Source: Leptospiraceae bacterium
GTDB lineage: Bacteria; Spirochaetota; Leptospiria; Leptospirales; Leptonemataceae
DNA length: 64,000 bases
Assembly: GCA_040217195.1 (NCBI GenBank)
Contig: JAVJNR010000002.1
Coordinates: 320,001-384,000 of the forward strand
Reading direction: 5' to 3'
Shown here: positions 8,560 through 16,645 of the stretch, piece after piece
How positions within the stretch are numbered: the first letter of the stretch is position 1
How the letters are laid out: the number at the start of each line of letters is the position of its first letter
Program-made: the position numbers and the translations under genes
The notes under the pieces: model-generated
What the model saw: only the letters and a program-made list of their open reading frames with translations
Database searches by the model: none
What the model was told of the DNA's origin: nothing

Positions 8560-9870
8560 TCAGGAGGCTCTGCCCAGTGCAGCCACTGCCTGCTGCCCGG
8601 TTTGTATGGCGCCTTCCACCGTAGCTGTTGATAGATAATCGCCGGCGAAGACAATTGGTCCTTTTTGCATGTCCAGAAAATTCGCCGATGTGCGATAGCG
8701 ACCTACGGAGTGCACCGGAATGGCACGTTCTCGCTGTACCAGATGAAAGGGCTGTAGCGGAAGGTTTTCCAGCCGTCGGTCTACTTTTCGAGCCAGGCTG
8801 AGTGCCCGGTCAAAGGTTGTCTTTTTGTTTGTTCTTAACAATTCTTTCGCAATCTCTCCACGGAAATAGATAGTTAGCAGATCTTCTGCAGATCCGGATC
8901 TCTTGTCGCTGTTAACCGTGATCGCCGCCACTGAGTTTTCGCCGGGCCCGCAAGGGATTCTTGTATCGCTGTCAGGCAGTAGGCCGCTCGGTAAGCGAAA
9001 GGAGGTGAGTACATTGGAAGTATACTCCTGGCTTTGCAAAAAATTCCTCTGTTCTGGAGTAACCAGGGTGTCCGGCATTTCGCTTACCAGTTTTTCAGCA
9101 ACGTTTGCTGTAGTTGCAATAAGGACTTCGTCGAAGACATCTTTGCCACCGGGATAGGTGATCCGGAATCTATTCTTTTCCGGATGGATGGAGCTCACCC
9201 CTAGTCCGGTGCGCAACTCCACTTTATTGGCCAGTGTTTGACAAAACACATCCATCCCGGAACGGTACGTATAGAAGACTGCATCTGCGGCTTTGGCCTG
9301 CAAACCGATATAGAGTGCCTGCGAAACCTTCTCGCAGGAAAAATACCAGAAAGGTTCAATGCCAGGCCGCACCAGATACTGATAGGCCTGTTCGCCCAGG
9401 GTTCGGCGTGCATCCTCTGCAATGGACTGTGTATCCAGATCTGCAAGCGCCGCCGGATTGGCCAGATCCATTCTGCGGTACCGCAAAGTCCGACCAATGG
9501 TGCGCCAGATCATTCTTAGCTTGTCTGCTCCGTCAATGAGAGGAAAACGCATAAAGGAAATTGGAGAACCAAGGGCCAGGGGAGCAGAGATATCGCCGGC
9601 AATCAAGACATTCTGGCGAGAGGGGCGAACCACATCGTTTTCAAGAGCGAGTTCTTTATTGTAGGACTTTAGTCGCGGATAAAAGTTAGTAAAGAATCCT
9701 GCTCCGGTGTCCAGGACATGGCCGCCAGAGCGATGGCTTCTAGTGCGCCCACCTACAGATTTTTCCTTCTCAAATAGCACTACCTCGCGGCCCGTTCTGG
9801 CCGCCTCAAAAGCAGCTGTGCAGCCCGCCGGGCCAGCTCCGATTACTGCTATGCGTTTACTCACTGCCAT
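8560..9870 (-). CDS. FAD-dependent oxidoreductase (protoporphyrinogen oxidase/amine oxidase family)
   Basis: GAGPAG, EKxxxVGGR, DTGAGFF and C-terminal FAGDY...EGAIQTG. Confidence 0.85.
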   Translation of the reverse strand: MAVSKRIAVIGAGPAGCTAAFEAARTGREVVLFEKEKSVGGRTRSHRSGGHVLDTGAGFFTNFYPRLKSYNKELALENDVVRPSRQNVLIAGDISAPLALGSPISFMRFPLIDGADKLRMIWRTIGRTLRYRRMDLANPAALADLDTQSIAEDARRTLGEQAYQYLVRPGIEPFWYFSCEKVSQALYIGLQAKAADAVFYTYRSGMDVFCQTLANKVELRTGLGVSSIHPEKNRFRITYPGGKDVFDEVLIATTANVAEKLVSEMPDTLVTPEQRNFLQSQEYTSNVLTSFRLPSGLLPDSDTRIPCGPGENSVAAITVNSDKRSGSAEDLLTIYFRGEIAKELLRTNKKTTFDRALSLARKVDRRLENLPLQPFHLVQRERAIPVHSVGRYRTSANFLDMQKGPIVFAGDYLSTATVEGAIQTGQQAVAALGRAS

Positions 9871-9888
9871 GGGTTCCGGATAATGCGT

Positions 9889-10125
9889 TTATCGCATATT
9901 TTGAAGTTGTGACTTTAGCCGATCTAGATCGCTGATTAGATCTAACGGCTTCGGGTTAACTTTATCAGCCAGATTCATGCCATCGTCAATAAGATCTATA
10001 ATAAGTTTCTTTTCGGACTTAGCTCTTACTTCAGGCATTCCAGCGATTTCATCTTTGTATTTGGCCGCTTTTTCATCTATCATGGCCACAATCTGGTTGA
10101 GACTTGCAATCTGTTCATCGGGCAT
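9889..10125 (-). CDS. Small helical hypothetical protein (78 aa)
   Basis: MPDEQIASLNQ... amphipathic helices. Ends 18 bp upstream of the co-oriented oxidoreductase start. Confidence 0.7.
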   Translation of the reverse strand: MPDEQIASLNQIVAMIDEKAAKYKDEIAGMPEVRAKSEKKLIIDLIDDGMNLADKVNPKPLDLISDLDRLKSQLQNMR

Positions 10126-10520
10126 GTAACACTGAGCCTGACTGACGGCCATCAGTCCACAGGAAAACGGGAAGCCTGGAAACAACGGAGGGGAGTTCCG
10201 GCAGCGGAATTGTTACTGTGATTGGGGTCTGGATTTGCTCTGTACCGGGGCTAGCGCAAAGACCCGCGGAGCGGTTTCTGGCTCCTTCCAGATAAAGACT
10301 TAACCGGCAGGCACTGCTTGCTCAGTATGAAGGGTAGATAATCGTATTGCAGAGTCGTAAGAAAGTTACACAAAAGAGTGCGGTACCCGCCAGCTACATT
10401 AGACTTTATCTGTCTAAAATTCCTTACCAGGGCCTATTTTGCATATGCAGGCCCGAAGAATGTGTCCAGCCTGCCTGAGCCGGGTAACCGCAGGGCTCAG
10501 CCCGGACTCAGGAGAGACAA

Positions 10521-10643
10521 ATGGGCGATAAAAATCCAAAATCGAAACGTAAACAGGATACTCAAAAAGAATCCAGAACGGCCGCGAAGGATGCAGTGAA
10601 AGAGGCTGCCATCGCGGCGAAAAAGGTGCCAGTCAAAAAATAA
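10521..10643 (+). CDS. Small basic protein, 40 aa (below the ORF-track cutoff)
   Basis: AGGAG SD at 10510-10514, ATG 10521, TAA 10641-10643. Translation MGDKNPKSKRKQDTQKESRTAAKDAVKEAAIAAKKVPVKK. GC hairpin at about 10651-10675 downstream. Confidence 0.7.
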   Translation: MGDKNPKSKRKQDTQKESRTAAKDAVKEAAIAAKKVPVKK

Positions 10644-10756
10644 ACCAATCCGCCTGGGGCGCCCTAACAGGCGCCAACCTTTCTGGCTGTTTGCTGGGCA
10701 AACTTGTATGAATTGGGCTACGGGCAAACCGGCCAGATCAAACAAATGAAAATCGA

Positions 10757-11170
10757 TTATGCATTGCTTGATTCCCTCGTTTGCGATTCTTCCAGTGCTT
10801 TTCGTAGCCTGATTGGAGCCGACATCAAATACGCATCTTGCAGCAACCGCTCCAGCTCTTTCCAGCGAGTCCTGGTATTTAGTTTTACACCCACCCATCC
10901 CTTTGGTCCCATATAAGGCGGAACGAAGTAAGCATTGGGATCCCTTTCAACCAGCTCTGGCTGTACCAGCGGCGCCGCCTTCACCCATACTGCGATATGT
11001 CCGCTTCCATGATGGTTGCAATCCGTCATGGCAAACATGGTTCCTTTGTTTACTCGATAGGTTGCTTCTCCCCATGCCTCCTTCTGATACGTCTCAGGAA
11101 ATAGCAGGCACTTCTCGTGCAGTTTAACAATAAGTGGATGATTCGCCTTAACTTTGCGTGAATGGGTCAT
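10757..11170 (-). CDS. MmcQ/YjbR family protein
   Basis: AWGEATYRV..MFA and YFVPPYMGPKGWVGV..WKELERLLQDAY. Confidence 0.85.
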   Translation of the reverse strand: MTHSRKVKANHPLIVKLHEKCLLFPETYQKEAWGEATYRVNKGTMFAMTDCNHHGSGHIAVWVKAAPLVQPELVERDPNAYFVPPYMGPKGWVGVKLNTRTRWKELERLLQDAYLMSAPIRLRKALEESQTRESSNA

Positions 11171-11366
11171 CGTACAATTCAGCGTCCGTTCCCGAAAAAA
11201 TGTCAAGTGGTATAACTAACAGAATATGTCGGGCCTCCCCTCCCTCCGATGGATTGAATTTCTGATAGCGCCGAGAGCGGGGAACAGACACAGCCCTGTT
11301 CCAGGTCCATCCTGCGTTCCATGCAGGCGCTAAAGCTGTACTGGTACAGCTCAAGAATATTGGTAG

Positions 11367-12629
11367 TCAGTTTGCAGATTCAATTCGCCTTTTCAAATGT
11401 ACTCTTTCTTGCTCATTTTCCGTGAGCTCCAATGCACGTTGAAACGATTTAATAGCCTCTGATTTTCGCGCAAGCTCCAGAAGGAATTCCGCACGGGTGG
11501 AGTGATAATAGCGATAGTTGTCCAGTTCACGGGCCAGATCTAAATCTTCCAGAGATTCAAGGGCTTCCAGCGGACCAATTGCCTTGCTGATTGCCACGGA
11601 ACGGTTCAGTATTACAACAGCCGTGGGATGAATCGTCTGCAGCTGATCATAAAGCTGCAGGATTTCCATCCAATTGGTTTGCCGGGCATCTGGACTGGTA
11701 GCATGCACTGCTGCGATTCGCGCCTGAAGAGAGTAGGCCCCTGAGTCGGATTCTGGATTGGATCCAAGTACTTTGATAGCTTCTCGGATCTGATCTTTGT
11801 CCCACAAAGAACGATCCTGAAATCCCAGCAAGACCGGGCTTCCATCCTCAGCTACTCGGGCATGCCGTCTGGAATGCTGAAATAATAACAGTGCAAGTAG
11901 CCCTCGAATTTCTGAATTTCCCGGTAGGAGTTGTGCAAGCATGCGGGAAAGAAACAATGCCTCATCGCATAAATTGATTTTAATGAGTTTGGAACCCTTA
12001 TGGGCGGTGTAGCCTGCATTGAATATTAGGTAGATTACTGACAGAACAGAATCTAATCGCTCCGGTGCACTTTCTATATCCGGAATGGAAAATGGGATGC
12101 CTGCCTCTTTGATCTTTCGTTTGGCTCGCACGATTCGCTGGGCAACAGCTGTTTCTTTGAGCAGGAAGCCCGCTGCGATTTCTGCTGTGCTAACTCCGGT
12201 TAGAGTGTGCAATGTCAGGGCTATTTGTGCGGGCTCACTTATGGCCGGGTGGCAACAGGCAAATATGAGACTCAATCGCTCATCAGCGGGTCCCGGGGCC
12301 CCATACATCCCGGATAGTCCGGAATCCGGAGGCGGTGGTTCCATTGCTGCAGACTGAGTTCGTTTACTCTGCCTGGCCTGCTTCCTTAGTTGATCAATGG
12401 CTTTTCGGCGAGCCACTACATAGAGCCAGCCGGCTGCATTTTCAGGCAACCCTTCCTGGGGCCATCTGCCTGCAGCGACTTCCAGAGCCTCCTGAAGTGA
12501 ATCCTCAGCAAGTTCCAGATCCCGAAACTCCTTCGCGAGCGCGGCCGCAATTCGACCGTACGACTCGCGAAAGAGACCGTCAAAGGCGCGTTGGAAATCA
12601 AAACCTACATTTGAGTGTTCAGCCATCAA
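11367..12629 (-). CDS. ECF sigma factor, ECF42 group (DUF6596/TPR C-terminal extension)
   Basis: AEDSLQEA, WLYVVARRKAID, LIFACCHPA, RIVRAK, VIYLIFNAGY, QDRSLWD and C-terminal TPR. Directly downstream of a DGPF gene. Confidence 0.9.
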   Translation of the reverse strand: MMAEHSNVGFDFQRAFDGLFRESYGRIAAALAKEFRDLELAEDSLQEALEVAAGRWPQEGLPENAAGWLYVVARRKAIDQLRKQARQSKRTQSAAMEPPPPDSGLSGMYGAPGPADERLSLIFACCHPAISEPAQIALTLHTLTGVSTAEIAAGFLLKETAVAQRIVRAKRKIKEAGIPFSIPDIESAPERLDSVLSVIYLIFNAGYTAHKGSKLIKINLCDEALFLSRMLAQLLPGNSEIRGLLALLLFQHSRRHARVAEDGSPVLLGFQDRSLWDKDQIREAIKVLGSNPESDSGAYSLQARIAAVHATSPDARQTNWMEILQLYDQLQTIHPTAVVILNRSVAISKAIGPLEALESLEDLDLARELDNYRYYHSTRAEFLLELARKSEAIKSFQRALELTENEQERVHLKRRIESAN

Positions 12630-12963
12630 ATTTCATGATTGGTCTGATCTCCACGGAACCTCCATGAGGCACATGTGGCATTTTGCTGGCCCAGGCCACT
12701 GCTTCGTCCAGGTCTCTTGCTTCGATCAAATAGAAGCCGCCCAGCTGCTCTTTTGTCTCGGCAAAGGGACCATCCGTTGTCACAATCTTCTTTCCATTCA
12801 TTCTTACGGTGGTGGCCGTTGTAGTGGGCTTCAATGCCTCACCACCTATCATGTTTCCGGACTTCTCAATCTCATCCGTAACGGCGAACCACTTTTCCAT
12901 TTCTTCTTCGCCGTAGCCTTCGGCCCGTTGTTCGTTATCGTAAAGTAGAAGCAGATACTGCAT
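12619..12963 (-). CDS. YciI/DGPF family protein
   Basis: TDGPFAETKEQLGGFY and SVEIRP motifs. AGGAG SD before ATG 12963. Confidence 0.92.
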   Translation of the reverse strand: MQYLLLLYDNEQRAEGYGEEEMEKWFAVTDEIEKSGNMIGGEALKPTTTATTVRMNGKKIVTTDGPFAETKEQLGGFYLIEARDLDEAVAWASKMPHVPHGGSVEIRPIMKFDG

Positions 12964-12994
12964 TTTCAGTCTCCTTTGATTAATTCTGCAACTA

Positions 12995-13022
12995 GACGAA
13001 TGCCGCTCCACTGATTTCGACA
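12995..13022 (-). promoter_or_regulatory. ECF42-type promoter TGTCGA-N18-CGTC
   Basis: Minus strand reads TGTCGA AATCAGTGGAGCGGCATT CGTC, about 30 nt upstream of the DGPF start. Matches the described ECF42 consensus. Confidence 0.75.
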
Positions 13023-13031
13023 TTCCTGAGT

Positions 13032-13071
13032 AAAAAAATGCCGGGGATTTTTTTGCTGAATCTCCGGTATT
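13032..13071 (-). terminator. Hairpin with A-run, possible terminator insulating the ECF42 promoter
   Basis: AATGCCGGGGATT...AATCTCCGGTATT imperfect inverted repeat preceded by an A-run on the + strand. Confidence 0.35.
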
Positions 13072-13255
13072 CCCCGAGGTTATTCTGGAATCTGCGCAAG
13101 ATTCGAATCAGCTCCAGGAGCAGAAATTCTCCTTCCGGAGTTTGAATGGCTCCCGGCGACTCAGACCCGGACAGGGACTCAGCAGATCCGAATGTAGCTT
13201 GATATCATCTGGCTCTGCTGCAAATAGTGAATCGTATCTTTCTCAGGTCTCAGCC

Positions 13256-14017
13256 ATGGAATATTGCCCATCCAACGACTATAAGCCCATCAGAGACGGC
13301 ATTGAAAAAGAGGCCAGGTCCGTGCGCTATTCAGAGGCACAGCCTCCAGAGGAACTCTCCAATCTAGTTCATTGTTTCTGGGAACTGAGAACAGAGTCCA
13401 AGCTGAAAGAAGATTTCAGTCTCCACGCAGTTCCGGATGCCTGCGTCAATATACTGTTCAACGAACTGGATCCTGAAATTGCAGGTGTGACCGCGCTTCG
13501 AACTACATTCGAAGTTCTAAATCTGGGTAAGGAATTCCACTATGTGGGTATTCAATTCCTGCCCGGCGTATGGCAGGGAAACCGAGAGGAGATATTCGAT
13601 AGTTATGTTGGGACTCCATACCAGGGCCGTTTGCCTTTGCTGGAAACCAACCGGGAACTAGTTCCATTGGAATTTTTGGGTAAACAAACGGTCCTTTCCA
13701 GGCTGGTTCGGCAGCTCACCGATAGCAAACATGTAGTTCCGAACAATGTCACCGAGAGAATTTTGAGAAACCTCAACGAAATTCATGATGTTCGGGATAT
13801 GGCCAAAATCGCAGGGATGTCTTCGCGGCAACTCCAGCGAATACTTAAACGGACTACCGATTTCACTCCCCATGATTTGCTCAAAGTGCTTCGATTGCAG
13901 CAATCCTTCAGACAACACTACCTGGATTTCTATGCCGACCAGGCACACTATATTCATTCCTTTCGCAAGATCACAGGCTATACTCCGGAGAAGTACATCC
14001 GGAAGTTCGATGTCTGA
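13256..14017 (+). CDS. AraC family transcriptional regulator (DUF6597-type N-terminus)
   Basis: VHCFWEL...VPDACVNI N-domain. C-terminal MSSRQLQR and FYADQAHYIHSFRKITGYTP HTH motifs. Confidence 0.88.
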   Translation: MEYCPSNDYKPIRDGIEKEARSVRYSEAQPPEELSNLVHCFWELRTESKLKEDFSLHAVPDACVNILFNELDPEIAGVTALRTTFEVLNLGKEFHYVGIQFLPGVWQGNREEIFDSYVGTPYQGRLPLLETNRELVPLEFLGKQTVLSRLVRQLTDSKHVVPNNVTERILRNLNEIHDVRDMAKIAGMSSRQLQRILKRTTDFTPHDLLKVLRLQQSFRQHYLDFYADQAHYIHSFRKITGYTPEKYIRKFDV

Positions 14018-14086
14018 CATCTACAATACAGTTTCCTCTACTTCGGTTACAATTGGTGTAGAATTTGAGAGGAAAGGAGCTTTAAA

Positions 14087-14476
14087 ATGGCAAATCTAAA
14101 TACTATTGGATGGTTCGATATCTACGTGGACGATATGAAAAGGGCCGCTGCATTCTATGAATCCGTGCTCGGACAGACTCTGGAGAAAATGGAGGATCCT
14201 ACTGGAAACTCACAGATGATGAGTTTCCCCGGAGGGGAGGAGTCAATGAACCGGTACGGTGCTCTGGGCGCCCTGGTAAAGATGGAAGGTGTTGGTCCAG
14301 GAGTGGGGGGAACAGTCGTATATTTCAACTCAGAGGACTGCACTCGGGAAGAATCTCGTGTTGTGGCGGCAGGGGGCCAGATACTGAGGTCCAGGTTCTC
14401 CATCGGAGAGTTTGGATGGGTAGTATTATGTAAGGACACGGAAGGAAATGTTTTTGGCGTGAACTCTATGAAATAG
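14087..14476 (+). CDS. VOC/glyoxalase family protein
   Basis: WFDIYVDDMKRAAAFY and DTEGNVFGV. AAGGAG SD. Confidence 0.9.
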   Translation: MANLNTIGWFDIYVDDMKRAAAFYESVLGQTLEKMEDPTGNSQMMSFPGGEESMNRYGALGALVKMEGVGPGVGGTVVYFNSEDCTREESRVVAAGGQILRSRFSIGEFGWVVLCKDTEGNVFGVNSMK

Positions 14477-14626
14477 GCGTTCTAGATCCATGACTTCCGC
14501 GGAATGGAAAGGGGCAGAGGGTACTGACCGTTTCTGATATAGATGATAGCGGCCGTTGCTACCGGCACGGTCGTTATCGCTTCAGGACCTACTGGTGTGC
14601 CGGGTAGGTAGCGTATAGCCGTACCT

Positions 14627-15166
14627 TTAGGTATCCTCCAGGTTCAGGATGTCCTGTAAGAAGAACGCTGCCAGATCGTGTCGGCCGGTCATGCCAGCTT
14701 TGTCATAAAGCGCCTGGCTCTGGTTTCGTACGGTCTTTTCTTTCTTATCCAATTGTGCAGCGATTTCTTTGAATGCATATCCCTGGATTAATTTTTCCGC
14801 TACCTGGCGTTCCCCGGCGGAGAAGCCCCATCGTTCAAATTGATCCTGCACAGCCTGTCTGTAATCACTCATCAATCCTTCGTTTTTTTCTCGGAATCGT
14901 TCCAGTTCCAGACGCATCTGACTCAACTCCTGAGCGGCGCGGCTGAATTCCTGATCCGCGGAATTGCGTATGGCCAGAATGATAAAAGCCAGACCCAGCA
15001 AGAAGAAGCCTTCCAGGAGGGAATGCATGGTCACCGTCCCTTCTTCATGTAGATGGTGTCCAATATCATATACAGTGAAAAGGAAAAGCATAGCAGCAAT
15101 GACCAATCCAATGCGGCGAAGTGTGATTTGGATGTCAGATTGCATCCATCGGGACAAATGACCCAT
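14627..15166 (-). CDS. Membrane-anchored LuxR-family HTH regulator (alternative start 15145)
   Basis: Two TM helices flank YDIGHHLHEEGTVTMH, followed by a coiled coil and the LuxR HTH FSAGERQVA..GYAFKEIA..EKTVRNQ..LYDKAG. Confidence 0.85.
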   Translation of the reverse strand: MGHLSRWMQSDIQITLRRIGLVIAAMLFLFTVYDIGHHLHEEGTVTMHSLLEGFFLLGLAFIILAIRNSADQEFSRAAQELSQMRLELERFREKNEGLMSDYRQAVQDQFERWGFSAGERQVAEKLIQGYAFKEIAAQLDKKEKTVRNQSQALYDKAGMTGRHDLAAFFLQDILNLEDT

Positions 15167-15201
15167 TGCGATTTCTCCTCATATAGTATTTAATACTACC
15201 T

Positions 15202-16644
15202 ATGAGTCAGTTTAAGCAGGAAACCCCGTTACATCATCTCCAAAACCGGAGGCGGGTACCGGTACGGTCGACTTTGATTCCGGATATCAAAGTCGGAGCC
15301 GTCAGTTCGGTCTTCCCCTGGAAGATGGCAGCACTGATCGGCTTGATTCTCTGGCCATTTCTCCTATCTGCAGAGAATCAGCCTTCCCTTGGCTATGTAG
15401 ATGCACTGAACCTGGCCTTTGAGCATGCCCCGGAAGTGAAGCTGGCCCGGGCCGATCTTGCAATTGCAGAAAAAGAGACAGAAAAAGCTGACTCCCTGGT
15501 CTCTGAAGCGCCCTCCCTGGAGGCCTCCATTACTCGAGGAACCAGCAAAGACTCCATTGAAGCTCTAGATTACAATTATAGCGCCCAGGTGAACGGTAAG
15601 GAAGTGCCAGTGAAAGGTTGGGAGCTGGGTCTTTCGCAAAAAGTGGAACTTGGCGGTCAACGTGGGCTACGGCAGGACCAGAGGGATGCAGAACAGAAGT
15701 ATTATCAGGCTCGCTTCTCCGCAAGTCAATTGGAGGCCAGATCAAAAGCCAGGGAACTCTATATCCAGGCAGCGCTTCTTCAGGAATGGGAAGTGCACCT
15801 CAACGAGCACCTCAGTCGATTCTACAGATTGAAAGCAAGATTTGGCGGAGGCTACATCGATAGGCGATTGGGCAGCTACAGCCTGGTGGCACTAAACATG
15901 GGTATTCAGACGCTAAAATCCGAGCGCGATGAAGTATCGGTGCTTAAGCGAAAGCTTATACGTGAGCTTTCCCTTCTGGTTCATAATCCCGCCGATGACC
16001 TGGCTCTGGAAAACATTGAATCTATTAAGATGCCCTCATTGCCGCCGCTTCCCGAATTACAAACTGCCATGGAACAGCAGGGATCCACTTTAAAGGAACG
16101 AAGGGCTCAACTGGAAGCGAGAATGAAAGCTGCGGATCTGGAATCAAGGAAGCTCTGGCCATCTCCTTCAATCTTTCTCTTTGGAGGAGAAAGGACAGTA
16201 AACTCAGGCAACACTATCTCAGTATATCCGGGAAGTCGGGAATCCTATATGCGAGCCGGTATTCAATTCCCTCTGTCTTTTCTTGGTCCTGAAAACAAAT
16301 CTCCCGGGATCGCAAGGCTTGAGGCTCAAAAGGCACAGGTGGAGCTGGAGACTGAGACTTCCCGTGCTTCGCTCCGACTCAAGGCAGCGTACCAGAACTA
16401 CGAATCGTTCAAGAAGCAATATATACAGATGCATCTCTTTCTGACTCAGGCGGAACGGTTTCTTCCAGCTCTGGATCAGGCACTGATGGGAAGGAGAATC
16501 AGCTACTTTGAATTCTGGGGTGAACATGAGCGATACCATGCACTCTTCCAGAAGACACTGGATGTAAGGCTTAATGCAGCCAGGTCTCTCAGCGAAATTG
16601 AAATATTAACGGGCCGGGTCCTGGATTCAGAAGGGAGTAATTAA
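15202..16644 (+). CDS. TolC/CzcC family outer-membrane efflux protein (start uncertain)
   Basis: Signal-like MAALIGLILWPFLLSA. LSQKVELGGQR, GIQFPL and C-terminal EIEILTG. Adjacent to an RND pump. Confidence 0.8.
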   Translation: MSQFKQETPLHHLQNRRRVPVRSTLIPDIKVGAVSSVFPWKMAALIGLILWPFLLSAENQPSLGYVDALNLAFEHAPEVKLARADLAIAEKETEKADSLVSEAPSLEASITRGTSKDSIEALDYNYSAQVNGKEVPVKGWELGLSQKVELGGQRGLRQDQRDAEQKYYQARFSASQLEARSKARELYIQAALLQEWEVHLNEHLSRFYRLKARFGGGYIDRRLGSYSLVALNMGIQTLKSERDEVSVLKRKLIRELSLLVHNPADDLALENIESIKMPSLPPLPELQTAMEQQGSTLKERRAQLEARMKAADLESRKLWPSPSIFLFGGERTVNSGNTISVYPGSRESYMRAGIQFPLSFLGPENKSPGIARLEAQKAQVELETETSRASLRLKAAYQNYESFKKQYIQMHLFLTQAERFLPALDQALMGRRISYFEFWGEHERYHALFQKTLDVRLNAARSLSEIEILTGRVLDSEGSN

Positions 16645-16645
16645 G

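Noticed and set aside
10126..10470. Known riboswitch or tRNA in the long intergenic region
   Set aside because: Hairpins are present but I cannot match cobalamin, c-di-GMP, TPP, SAM or tRNA consensus by eye. An Rfam scan is needed.
10378..10916. ORF-track calls 10378..10599, 10497..10898 and 10704..10916
   Set aside because: No SD or protein-like features. The 40-aa ORF at 10521 and the MmcQ/YjbR gene explain the region better.
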